From: Octopus sinensis
Taxonomy: Eukaryota
Assembly: GCF_006345805.1 (NCBI RefSeq)
Contig: NC_043000.1
Location: 133,424,001 to 133,488,000 of the forward strand
Direction: 5' to 3'
Length of the DNA: 64,000 nt
Under the pieces are notes generated by a model that made no database searches, was not told the origin of the DNA, and saw only the letters and a list, made by a program, of their open reading frames with translations. Shown in pieces: positions 12,934 through 24,966 of this stretch. How positions within the stretch are numbered: position 1 is the first letter of the stretch; each line of letters opens with the position of its first letter. The translations under genes and the position numbers were made by a program.

Positions 12934-13155
12934 CCCTTTTGTTACCATATTTCTTTTGAGATGCTCTGTTTTTCTTTCAATTAATTTTAGATATAACAAA
13001 GAATTTAGTAAAATAACTTAGTTATCATTAAGCTAGTGTCAGGAACATAAATTGTGACTAAGGTTTGGTGGAAGATTTTAATTCAAAACTTATGAAAACA
13101 AAACATTTGTACTAAAGAGCTAGAGCTGGTTTCAGCTGGGTTGGTAACGAAAGGG
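12934..13155. mobile_element. piggyBac-like MITE
   Basis: TTAA on both sides; 14-bp TIRs CCCTTT(T/C)GTTACCA. Confidence 0.75.
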
Positions 13156-13529
13156 TTAATTCTTAACCATTCTGCTTTCATCTGAGTTTTGTTTTATCTA
13201 ACTCACTGCTGTTCTGAGTTGAAATTCTGTTCAGAATCAGTCTACTTTCCATCCCCTGTCAATAAACTAAGTACCAGTTATATATTGGGATACATACAAT
13301 TAAACACCCACTCCTTGTAAAACTTAATTAGATCTATTCTTAAAGAGACATCATGATTCAATGTTTTATTCTATGCTATAGTAAGTGTGTATAATAATAG
13401 AATGTTGAATTGTTTATCATTGGTTTATTCTTAAGAAAATTCCATCTGTCTGTTTTTTTTTCATTTTTAAATCTTTTGTTTTAACTTACTCTTGTTTTTC
13501 TTTTTCTACTTTTTCCTTTTGATTTATAG

Positions 13530-13542
13530 TGAAATATTTCAA
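13530..13542 (+). CDS. PDIA5: 13-nt microexon (tgaaatatttcaa) encoding (L)KYF(K)
   Basis: long pyrimidine tract plus ttatag acceptor, gtgagt donor; supplies exactly the phase 1-to-2 shift and the KYF motif needed between 10469 and 14993. Confidence 0.8.
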
Positions 13543-14221
13543 GTGAGTATTCTATTATTTTTCGATTTACTGACTTTAAACAGTATGTCCTTTGGTCCTG
13601 CTCTTAAACCACTGCACAACTATTTATTTAGAAATTGTATTTAAATACCTATCTTTTTGCCACATTGTTGATAATCTATAATATTTTTCTGATTCCATTT
13701 ATGTAACACTATTATAATTATGAAACAAAATGCCAGACATAATCTATTATACTCTCAACATTAATGATATTTGAAAACAATTGACGGATAAACTATGGAA
13801 CTAAATCAAAGTTATAATCTATTACAGATACATTTATTTCATATAATTTTTAGGACATTTGATTGGAGAATAGATATTTCAATTTAAGAGTCATGTAAAC
13901 ATATATTTATTGATATTTTGTTTTTAGATTCCACAGCTGAGTGTGGCTGCTACTGTAGTTTGTTCACTAGGTCTGGGGTTCAAATCTTGCCAAATGCATT
14001 TTTCTCTGATATGAAAGTACAGCATATTACCAACATAGGCATACTATAGCAGAATATTATTATGTGTGGATTATCCTTTCTGCTCTATAGGTACAAGGCC
14101 TGAAATTTAGTGGGGAGGAGATCAATGTAATTGACTCACCCATCCCCTTCAAAATTGCTGGCCTTGTGTCAAAAATTAGAAAGAATTATATATGGATTAT
14201 GTCTTTGATTTCATTTTATAT

Positions 14222-14602
14222 TTGAGATTGTTGGCCGATACCAGCGCCGCCTTGACTGGCTTCCGTTGCCGGTAGCAGGTAAAAAGCACCAATCTGATCG
14301 TGGCTGTTGCCAGCCTCGCCTGGCACATAAAAAGCACCCACTACACTCACAGAGTGGTTGGCGTTAGGAAGGGCATCCAGCTGTAGAAACACTGCCAGAT
14401 CAGACTGGAGCCTGGTGCAGCCTTCTGGATTCCCATATCCCCGGTCGAACCATCCAACCCATGCTAGCATGGAGAACGGACGTTAAATGATGATGATGAT
14501 GATTATTCTTTCAATGTTTTATGCAATAATTTTAATATAATGGCGGTGCCCCAGCATGGCCACAGCTCATAAGCTGAAACTAGAATCAATCAATCAATCA
14601 AT
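14222..14602 (+). mobile_element. Family B repeat (14222-14502) and an isolated CR1-type 3' tail fragment (14542-14602)
   Basis: GGCGGTGCCCCAGCATGGCC plus stem-loop plus (AATC)n. Confidence 0.65.
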
Positions 14603-14992
14603 CATAATCATTAAGTGATGGAAGCTAACTAGTATTTTCCCATGGACAATTGTGCATAGTTCTTTCTAGAGTAGGTCCACTTTTTGATATGGAAATAAAA
14701 ATAACAACCCTCAAAGAAGAAGAGGCAACAAATGTATAACAAAGAATATTGTTTTCAAAGGTACTCTCCTAAGACTGCATCTTCAGTTCTACCTATATGG
14801 ATTTTTACATGTCAAGAATTAAAATCTTTTGGTAAAAAAAAAAATACAAATTCAAAAGAAATTATGTATTTCATTTGTCTTGGGAAGGTCATTACACCAA
14901 TAATATTAACACACACACACCAGTTATAGATTATGTTTGTTGTCTTATTTTGATATATAAACATGCTAATTTGTTTGATTTTTTTCTTTTAG

Positions 14993-15058
14993 AAATGGAG
15001 AAGCAGTGTCAGAATGTATGGGTAAAACTGTTAAAGAACTGTCAGAATTTATTATGGA
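14993..15058 (+). CDS. PDIA5: PDIA5-like exon (NGEAVSECMGKTVKELSEFIM), 66 nt, phase 2-2
   Basis: ttcttttag/gtaagt sites; same length, phase and NGE...FxM pattern as exon 1356-1421. Confidence 0.85.
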
Positions 15059-15186
15059 GTAAGTTGAATTTTGTGTATTGTGATCGGCCCATATCAACAG
15101 GTCTGAACATTTAGACATACAAATTTTCTGTAGCATGATTGGAATGGTTCTCCATGAGGTTCTGGGTTCAATTTCATTGTATGGTA

Positions 15187-15605
15187 TCTTACTCTTACTC
15201 TTTTCTCTTTTACTTGTTTCAGTCATTTGACTGCGGCCATGCTGGAGCACCGCCTTTAGTCGAGCAAATCGACCCCGGGACTTATTCTTTGTAAGCCCAG
15301 TACTTATTCTATTGGTCTCTTTTGCCGAACTGCTAAGTGACGGGGATGTAAACACACCAGCATCGGTTGTCAAGCAATGTTGGGGGGGGGGACAAACACA
15401 CACACACAAACACACACACATATATATATATAAATATATACGACAGGCTTCTTTCAGTTTCCGTCTACCAAATCCACTCACAAGGCATTGGTCGGCCCGG
15501 GGCTATAGCAGAAGACACTTGCCCAAGATGCCACGCAGTGGGACTGAACTCGGAACCATGTGGTTGGTTAGCAAGCTACTTACCACACAGCCACTCCTGT
15601 GCCTA
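15187..15605 (-). mobile_element. SINE family A copy, full length
   Basis: reverse complement of family A; nearly identical to 53178-53597. Confidence 0.8.
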
Positions 15606-16034
15606 TCTTGGACAAAATGTAATTTCCTGTGTCCTTGAACTAACACATGCCTTGTAAGTGAAATTGGATAGACACAAGGTGTATAGAAGCCCATTGGAGG
15701 GATTGTATCTGTAATTCAAGATATACAGTCTTGTCACATATTGTGTCGTTCTGATTCTGCCTGAAAGTTACCTTAAGAGTACATGTGTCTGTGAAACACT
15801 CGACCATTTATGTATTAATTCAGGAGTTGGTTTTTCAGTGAATAGAACAATTGAAGTTCTCATTGTCAAACAGTGGAGATCCACTATACTTTGTATTTGT
15901 TTGAATGAACATTCTCTTGTCCAACACATACCAGTATGGATTAACAGACATGGAATGATAATGATGATTTCTCACTTGTATTTACAAGACACCAGAACAA
16001 AGCAACATACAAAAGCGGTGAAAGAAACAGCTTT

Positions 16035-16110
<76 letters not shown>

Positions 16111-16597
16111 AAGAGACTTTGTAAATTGCTAACATTGTGTGTTGTCAGATTTGAATTATTAAGTTGTTTTTAGCCTTGAATCAGGCCAGTTGAACAAACC
16201 AATAATCAAATATCTTATTGATCCCAATCATCCCATCTTATTTTCAGGCATAACATTTTTTAAGACTGCATTATCCAATGTGTTCTTTTTAAAACCAATA
16301 AAATATGGATTATGTGGGCGGGTGGGTGGGGTAACTCTTTAGTTCTGCCTTAAACTTGTGTTATTTTATATACATTTGTTATCATCAATTTAGTAGATGT
16401 GTATGTTTGCACAATCTACACTCCTGCATTTACCGATCACCAAACCTCAGAAACAGCGACAAAGGATTGCTTTGGATTTTCCTCTTTTGCATCTGATGTT
16501 AGTCTCTGGATATTTGATGTTGACCTACCCTATGAAGAACTACTATGAACTTTCTTTTTCCTGCTTTCTGCTTAATCATATTTATATACACATATAT

Positions 16598-17127
16598 CAT
16601 CATCATCATCATCATCATCGTTAAGCGTCTGCTTTCCATGCTGGCATGGGTTGGACAGTTCAACTGGGGTCTGGGAAGCCAGAAGGCTGCACCAGGCCCA
16701 GTCTGGTCTGGCAATGTTTCTACGGCTGGATGCCCTTCCTAACACCAACCACTCCGTGAGTATAGTGGGTGCTTTTTACGTGCCAGACGAGGCTGGCAAA
16801 TGGCCACGATCGGATGAGGGAAAAACATTTGAGTGAGGTTGTTGCCAGTGCCGCTGGACTGGCTCCTGTGCAGGTGGCACGTAAAAAACACCATTTGAGC
16901 ATGGCCGTTGCCAGTACCGCCTGACTGGCCCTCATGCCAGTAGCATGTAAAAAGCACCCACTACACTCTCAAAATGGTTGGCATTAGGAAGGGCATCCAG
17001 CTGTAGAAACTCTGCCAGATCAGATTGAGGTCTGGTGCAGCCATCTGGTTCACCAGACCTCAGTCAAATCGTCCAACCTATGCTAGCATGGAAAGTGGAC
17101 GTTAAATGATGATGATGATGATGATGA
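16598..17127. mobile_element. Two family B repeats in opposite orientation (head-to-head)
   Basis: (CAT)n start of the - copy, (GAT)n end of the + copy. Confidence 0.7.
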
Positions 17128-17649
17128 CATCTTTATACCTAATTTATAAATGATTTTGATACCATTCATAGCTGTCTGTGCATTTTTATTTTATTTTGCT
17201 TTCATTAGCTGCTATTTTGTCGCAGATTGAATGACCATACAGAGGCTTTGACTCAGCTTATTCATGGACTATTCAGTTACAGCAGTGGTGTGACCCAATC
17301 CTACTCTGTGCTAGAATTTTTTCTGTTTATTATTTTCAAGCCTTTTATTTCTTTATTTTCTTGTGGGAAAATATTAGAGCAGCTAAAAAGAAACCAGTTT
17401 TCTATACAATGGCTTTGTGTCTCAAACTTATAGGAAAGTTGTTTTGAAATGACAAAGAAAGGCTATCATCAGGAGTCCATATTTGTTTATTTACCCACAT
17501 TGATTTCAACCATAATCATTCAACCATATAGACTCCAGTTGTGATTTTAGTCTGTTGCTTATTTAAGTAATTATATTGAAGTTTTTCTTTTGAAAAGGGT
17601 ATTAACTCAGCAGTTTACACCAGTGTGTGTGTGTGTGTACACGCACACA

Positions 17650-18146
17650 CAAAAGCTGTTGGAGACTGGTCAACAAACTCTTGAGAGGGTTGGTGCTGGA
17701 AGACCATATGTGTGGTAGTAGATTTCAACTCCTTATCTCTGGAAAGACTCAAAAGGGGTTGTCAGATAATTTCTTTGACTTCACCAGCCCTAATTTCTGG
17801 TCTCCTCATACTTCTGATTGTAATTCCATGGATTGCTATGTGTGGGATGCAGTTGAGAAAGATACCAACCACACTTTCTTCGACACCAAAACTGAACTTG
17901 TGGCCAAGATCAAAGAGGTGTTTGAAGATTTTCACAGGGACATAATGAGGAATGCATGTTCCAGGTTCTAGAGTCATCTTGAGGCCATGCTGGAAGCTGC
18001 AGGTGACTACTTTGAGTGAACTGCTATCTCTCAGCCTTAATGTAGTTGATCTTTTGATTTAAAAAAAAATACTTATAGTTTTGGTTGGGATATTGTGTTT
18101 TATTTTCCTTTTTATACAAACTGTCAAATTTAGCCTGAACACCCTG
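17650..18146 (+). mobile_element. Tc1/mariner maT-type (DD37D-like) transposon 3' remnant
   Basis: SDNFFDFTSPNFWSPHTSDCNSMDCYVWDAVEK; terminal tttagcctgaacaccctg resembles a CAGGGTG TIR. Confidence 0.7.
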
Positions 18147-18151
18147 TGTAT

Positions 18152-18229
<78 letters not shown>

Positions 18230-18522
18230 AGTAGGTGAATGAATTATCCTATGTTTATCGTCAGCATGGAAAATTCGTTTAACCGAAACCTGGGTAGCAA
18301 ATTCACATCAGAAACACGGTTGAAGCGACCTGTCAAGGGTAGAAACTCCGGGTTCATGTGCATAAATTTGTGTGTTGTATATGAATAAATGAAAGAATGG
18401 AGTCGAACGAAGATGTTAACAAAATTCCTTTACTCTCGACATATGTTTCGAAGACAGCATGTTTTCATTCCAAAGGAATAAAGGGTGCATTATGCAATCT
18501 TCTGTTGAGAGAGGCTCCCTTT

Positions 18523-18604
18523 CTTTCCTGATGAGAAGATTGCATAATGCACCCTTTATTCCTTTGGAATGAAAACATGCTGTCTTCGAAACATATGTCG
18601 AGAG
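18523..18604 (+). ncRNA. Minimal type I hammerhead ribozyme, copy 1
   Basis: stem I CTTTC/GAGAG; CTGATGA 18528-34; stem II GAAGAT/GTCTTC; GAAA 18588-91; stem III AC-ATAT-GT; GUC cleavage after 18599. Confidence 0.7.
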
Positions 18605-18646
18605 TAAAGGAATTTTGTTAACATCTTCGTTTGACTCCATTCTTTC

Positions 18647-18717
<71 letters not shown>

Positions 18718-19008
18718 TAGGTGAATGAATTATCCTATGTTTATCGTCAGCATGGAAAATTCGTTTAACCGAAACCTGGGTAGCAAATTCACATCAGAAA
18801 CACGGTTGAAGCGACCTGTCAAGGGTAGAAACTCCGGGTTCATGTGCAGAAATTTGTGTGTTGTATATGAATAAATGAAAGAATGGAGTCGAACGAAGAT
18901 GTTAACAAAATTCCTTTACTCTCGACATATGTTTCGAAGACAGCATGTTTTCATTCCAAAGGAATAAAGGGTGCATTATGCAATCTTCTGTTGAGAGAGG
19001 CTCCCTTT

Positions 19009-19090
19009 CTTTCCTGATGAGAAGATTGCATAATGCACCCTTTATTCCTTTGGAATGAAAACATGCTGTCTTCGAAACATATGTCGAGAG
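19009..19090 (+). ncRNA. Minimal type I hammerhead ribozyme, copy 2
   Basis: identical to copy 1; CTGATGA 19014-20, GAAA 19074-77, cleavage after 19085. Confidence 0.7.
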
Positions 19091-19132
19091 TAAAGGAATT
19101 TTGTTAACATCTTCGTTTGACTCCATTCTTTC

Positions 19133-19177
<45 letters not shown>

Positions 19178-20005
19178 CTCTTTTACTTGTTTCAGTCATT
19201 TGACTGTGGGCATGCTGGAGCACTGCCTTTAGTCGAGCAAATCGACTCCAGGACTTATTCTTTGTAAGCCTTGTACTTATTCTATCGGTCTCTTTTGCTG
19301 AACCGCTAAGTTACTGGGACGTAAACACACCAGCATCGGTTGTCAAATTAAGTACCAGTGAAACACTGGGGTCAAGGTAATTGACTAGTGCCCTCCCCAC
19401 AAGATTTCAAGCCTCGTGCCTTTAGTAGAAAGGATTATTAAAAGGTAGTGGTAGTCAAAATGGTTTGTGGTACTGTGTTCCTTTAAATGCTGTGTTCAAA
19501 TCTTACTAGGGTCTGCAAAATACTACTAATATTCTGGGGTTAATTTTCATCAATTTTTCCTGTCTCTCAAAGTGGCCTTGTATATTTATTGGCCAGGTAA
19601 AATTGTGTGCCAGAGAAAAAGCTTTACAGTATTTTTTTTCTGGCTCTTTATGTTCTGGGTTCAAATCCTGCTGAGGTCAACTTTGCCTTTCTTTCCTCCA
19701 GAGTCAATAAAATAAAGTGCAGTCAAATACTTGGTTCACTGGTATCAACTACATCTCTGCCCTCAAAATTGTTGGTCTTGTATCTGACAGAATCATTTGC
19801 GTGTCAGATAAAATGCTTTACAGCATTTCATTTATCTTTAATTTACTGAGTTCAGCTCCTGCCAAGGTCAACTTTGCCTTTCATTCTTTCGGGGTCGATG
19901 AAATAAGTATCAGTTGAGCACTGGGGTTGATGTAATTGACTAGCCCCCTGCCACAAAATTTCAGGCTTTGTGCTTGTAGTTGAAAGAATTATTATTATTA
20001 TCATT

Positions 20006-20389
20006 ACTAGCAGTATCGCCTGGCATTGCTCGGGTTTGTTTCGACCCTTTAGAACTGGAATTTTTGAAAAGTAAAAATTTTGTATTATGTAGCTTGTTAT
20101 TCTCTTTAAGTGAACATTTTTCTGGTTGAAATACACCCAAAAATGGTGACACAGCAGTCAAAAAATAAGGATTTTCATAGGAAAAAAGCACCTTTTTGAT
20201 GTAAATCATTTTTGGTGTTAACATGGTCCGATTTGAATTTTATCTTCTACAGAAGGAAGGGCAAGCCTTCTTCTATCATACTCTCAATTTTGGTCAACTT
20301 GTGCCACAGGGTCTCAGAGGAGATAGTGTTAGTTGAAGGCTACCAAACCTGCCATACACAGACAACTTCAGGTTTATATATATAGAGAT
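20006..20389 (+). mobile_element. Non-autonomous Helitron-like element
   Basis: 5' ACTAGCAGTATCGCC(T/C)GGC and 3' ACAGACAA...GTTTATATA..GAGAT ends shared with 61604-61987; family call from resemblance to Lep1-type ends. Confidence 0.5.
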
Positions 20390-21805
20390 TAACAACATCT
20401 ACAGCTATGGATGGCAGAATTGATAGAGTGGCAGTCTTATAATATTTAGTTACTTCCCTTGGTCATACTAAAAATTCTAATTTTGCCGAGTTAACTTTGC
20501 CTTTCAAAGCTCAGTTGTTAATGTGTAAGGAGGATATTTAAAAATTCTTATACCTAGTTCTTACCTATGTAACATGCAATGTTGAATACATTATTGCATT
20601 GTAAATAATATTTGCTATAATTTAGAGTAAGAGAGGAAAGCAATAGGCTGAGTTTGTTCAAAACAATTATACTACATCCAGAATTATTACATAGTGTTGT
20701 TAGATATTGCTTGAATATAAATCATATCTTCAATAACTTTGGATAAGATGAAAAACTGTAGGAGTGGACCAAAACTATTTGAAAATTAATTTAATTAGTG
20801 AACCTTCCCTAATCTTTGTAATTTTAGTACAGAATTTATTGAATGTTCTTTTTTTTAGTTTGAAGAGTAATGAATGTTTGATATATAAATGTGTTTACTG
20901 TGGCTTTGATAAATATCTGTTAAAGTAATTGTCTCATTCATACTTGAGAAATGTCATTGTTGGCTTCATTAACTTCATGTGTGTTAGTTTTCATTTAAAA
21001 GCCATGCATTTAAAGGTTGAATCTGTTATGCTTTGTGAGATGAACTTTTCCCTGAATGTCAGTTGGTTTCATTCTACCTGAATGGTCAGAAAGTTTTGCA
21101 AAGTGAAATTGTCTCCTCTAACTTTAGGTGTTCATTTTATTTCTTGATAGTTTTTCCACATGATATTTCTTAGTAGTTCTGTTTGCTGTGCTTATTATGC
21201 TCTTACTAATTTAATTGTATTAAACATCTTTTCATGAACTCAACTGATATTAATGGGGTTTTCTTCTGTTTTTTGTTGGAAATTCAGATATTGTTTTCAA
21301 AGGTAACATCTGCAGATAATTCAGCTGTTATGATATATGTTCCTTTCTTATTTATTTATCACATATAGGCAGATAATCAATATGCTAGAAGAAGATCACA
21401 TATGATCTAACTACAAAGACAAAAATGTTCTCCAGAGAAAATTCAGCGAACACCAAAACATAAGCGGGCAGGACAGATGAAAATTATATAAATTTTTTCT
21501 TTGTAGTTAGATCGTATGTGATCTTCTTCTAGCGTATTGGTTATCCACCTAGTGGTTTATCCCTAAATATACACATGTATTGAAATTTTTTCTGATTTTT
21601 CAAAATTTTTATATATGCTAGGCTACTGGTTTTAAATTGATATTAATTAAATTAATATTCAACTTATCTCCCTCATTATTTTAACATTTATCACACATAT
21701 ATAAATTCAGCATATATCTTAAAGATTTCCTCAAATGTATTTTTTTAAATATATTTTTATTATTATTGTCTCTTAATGATAACTTCTGATATATTTTCTT
21801 TTCAG

Positions 21806-22032
21806 CCCATTGGTAGATAATTGGCACTCATCATCATCCAGTAACACTTATAACCCAAATGCAGCTAACTTCAAGAAAACATTATCTACAAACACACATG
21901 TCTTCGTGGCGTTCCATGTCACTAAATGCTCCAACTGTGAACAGATTAAAAATGAGTTTCTCACAACTGCAGAGGAAATGGTGAAACATAAAAGTTTTGC
22001 TTTTGCAGCTGTTAATTGTGATTTTAATTCAG
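21806..22032 (+). CDS. PDIA5: PDIA5-like exon, terminal thioredoxin domain with CSNC (DPLVDNWH...VTKCSNCEQIKNEF...AAVNCDFNS)
   Basis: ttttcag/gtagg sites; contained in ORF 21810..22052. Confidence 0.9.
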
Positions 22033-22157
22033 GTAGGTTTATTATTTTCTAAATATATCCCACAGGTTTTTTTAATACATATTCTTGTTCATGTGAAATA
22101 GGTAACTATTAATATACACTTATAAAGTATTAAAATCAATCAGAATATAACAGAGAC

Positions 22158-22597
22158 ATAAAAGCACCATCCGAGCATGATCGTTGCCAGGGCTGCTGAC
22201 TGGCTCCCATGCTGGTGGCATGTAAAAGCACCATTTGTGCATGATTGTTGCCAGTGTTGCCTTACTGGCACCTGTGCTGGTGGCACATGGAAAACAACAT
22301 TCGAGTGTGGTTGTTGTCAGTGCCACCATTCTGGCTCCTGTGCAGGTGGCACGTAAAAAGCACCATTTGAGTGTTGTCATTGCCAGTACTGCTACACTGG
22401 CCCTCATGCCGGTGGCATGTAAAATCACCCACTACGCTCTGAGAGTGGTTGGTATTAGGAAGGGCATCCAGCTGTAGAAACCTTGCCAGATCAGAATGGA
22501 GCCTGGTGCAGCCTTGTGGCTCGCCAGTCCTCAGTCAAACCGTCCATCCCCTGCTAGCATGGAAAGCGGATGTTAAACAACAATGATGAGGATGATG
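22158..22597 (+). mobile_element. Family B repeat with 5 internal tandem units
   Basis: repeated GGTGGCA.GTAAAA.GCACC; (GAT)n-like tail. Confidence 0.75.
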
Positions 22598-22949
22598 TCA
22601 TCTTCCACTGAGATCTTTGTCAAACAATCATCCTTCACAAAATATTGCTGTTTACAATTTCATATTCTGTAGTCATCAAAATTGACTTCTCTCATATCTT
22701 TTAACTCTTGTCTAATTTTTCCATTAATATTATCAATTTACTGTTTAAACTCTATTGTCATGACGTTCTAACTCTCTTTAGTGACTATTGGTATTGTCTC
22801 TGTGAAGTGAAATTTATTTAAATATATATGTAATATATATAGTCAGTGCTCTGTTAATAAGTTTTGGGGCTGAAAAGGGGAGAGCTTTCATTCTTAATGA
22901 AAAAATATTGTGAGTGATAAAAATCATGCCAGAAGTGATAAAAATCATG

Positions 22950-23400
22950 CCGAAAGTGATAAAAATCAAACAGCCAGTCAACATCATGGTGTTTGGAGTG
23001 ATCACAAAGATGGTGATGTTATGCCTCCATTCATCTTTCCACATGGCCTCAGACTCAACACGGAGGCCTACATCAAGTGCCTGGAGGAAGTAATGCTGTC
23101 TTGGGTGAAGAAGGTGGGTGCTGGAAGACCCTATGTTTGGCAACAGGACTCTGCACCATGCCACACAAGCAGGAGAACCCAGTCATGGCTGTCAGACAAT
23201 TTCTGTGACCACATCATCCCTAACATCTGGCTGCCTAACTCCCCAGACTGCAACCCCCTTCATTATTATGTGTGGAGTGTAGTTGAGCAAGAGGCCAACA
23301 AAATTCCTTGTAACAACAAAGATGAACTGAAGGCAAGGATTATGGCAGCATTCCCCAACTTAAAGAAAGAGACCATCCAGAAGAGTTGCAGGAGATTAGG
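22950..23400 (+). pseudogene. maT (DD37D) transposase fragment
   Basis: YVWQQDSAPCH...WLPNSPDCNPL(H)YYVW; 37 residues between the second Asp and the third position (mutated to His). Confidence 0.8.
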
Positions 23401-24316
23401 TGCATACTTTGATTAACTGCATTGCTTTTTGTTGAGACAAAGTAAAATAAGCTTTCAGTTCAAAATTGGACATTTCATTCTTAATGACCTACCATGCCTG
23501 ATCACTAAATCCACAAGTTTTTTTTTATCTTCTCTGTGTTTATTTTCTCATATTCCTTTCTGTTGAAGAGTGTAGGCTCGAAATGTAAAAGACTTTCTCA
23601 CTTTCCTGAGCATCAAATTAATACACCTGCTTATTCATACACCTGTCTTCGTCTTTTGCTTTTCTGTAAATTTCAACTATGTGTGTATATGTATGTATAT
23701 ATATATACATATATATATATATACATATATATATATGTATGTATATATATATATACATATATATATGTATGTATATATATATATACATATATATATGTAT
23801 ATATGTATATATATATATACATGTATGTATGTATATATATATATATATCATCATTATTTAGCGTCTGTTTTCCATACTGGCATTGGTTAGACAGTTTGAC
23901 TGAAGCTGGAGAGCTATACACAGTTCCAATTTGATCTGGTATGGTTTCTATGGCTTGGTGTATATAAATAAATACCCATTGCTTTTGATAAAAGTCAATA
24001 AGAAGCCACAAAATATAAACCCCTAAACACACACTTACTCTCACTTCAGATATGTGTTTATGCAATAATTTTTAGAGGGTGATGAAAGCTTAACATGTTT
24101 GTATTGAAATAGGATCAAATTTGGTGAATTAAATTGTCTATATGTCTTGTGTAATTTACTAGTGTTAGGTAATATTTACATTGTTTTACTGTATGTACAC
24201 AAAAGCATCATTCAGTTGTTGTATGAATTTAGTCCTCTACTTATAAACACTTTTGATGCAGTTAAAAAAAAAGGTATTATATAACATGTTTGTAAATTAT
24301 TACCTTGTATTTTCAG

Positions 24317-24459
24317 ATTTATGTATAACTGAAAAAGTAAAAGATTACCCAAGTTTCAAACTTTACAAAAATGGAAAATTCTCTCAGAATTATTCAGGTA
24401 ACAATCAAAAGAATAGCTTTGTCAAGTTCTTAAAATCATTTGTAAAAGAAGAGCTGTGA
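24317..24459 (+). CDS. PDIA5: PDIA5-like last coding exon (DLCITEKVKDYPSFKLYKNGK...FVKEEL*)
   Basis: ttttcag acceptor; YPSF cis-Pro motif; C-terminal KEEL ER-retrieval signal then TGA. Confidence 0.93.
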
Positions 24460-24470
24460 TGCACTATTTC

Positions 24471-24520
24471 AATAAAGATTTTAAATATTTGTAAACTGTT
24501 TTGTTCTGTTGTTTAATAAA
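24471..24520 (+). terminator. Candidate polyadenylation signals AATAAA at 24471 and 24515
   Basis: two canonical hexamers 12 and 56 nt after the stop codon, with T/G-rich sequence between and after them. Confidence 0.55.
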
Positions 24521-24932
24521 AGTATGTTTTGGGAGTGAATTTACAAAACATTGCCGAGAATGATCTGAGATGGGTATAATTCCAAAGATAGGAGTTCAAA
24601 TTCTGGTAAGTATTATACTGAAAAATAAGTTATCCATGTTATTATACATGATTTTTTTTCTTTTAATTTTAGATGTTAAGAATTTCTTTCCCATTGGCAT
24701 TAGATAGAGCATAGATAAGAGAGTATATTGGAGTATCTATTTATACATATATATATAAACCGAAACATTTTGGGTATATGTATGTATGTATATGTATGCA
24801 TGCATGCATTGCATTGCATTGCTGTGGTTAAGAAGTTCACTTTCCAGCCATATGGTTTTGGGTTCACTCCATCTGCATAGTCCCTTGGGCAAGGTCATGT
24901 AAGTGGATTTAGTAGAAAGAATGCTGTTTGCA

Positions 24933-24966
<34 letters not shown>

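Larger units (their letters stand above)
18229..19138 (+). repeat. 486-bp-period tandem duplication of a (TA)n-flanked, Penelope-like fold-back unit
   Basis: two copies differ at about one unique-sequence base; each has 119-bp inverted arms (18385-18503/18534-18652 and 18871-18989/19020-19138). Confidence 0.9.

Noticed and set aside
17226-17433. Acceptor-like site and ORF inside the long PDIA5 intron
   Set aside because: Wrong phase or early stop and no thioredoxin similarity; the gene model closes without it.
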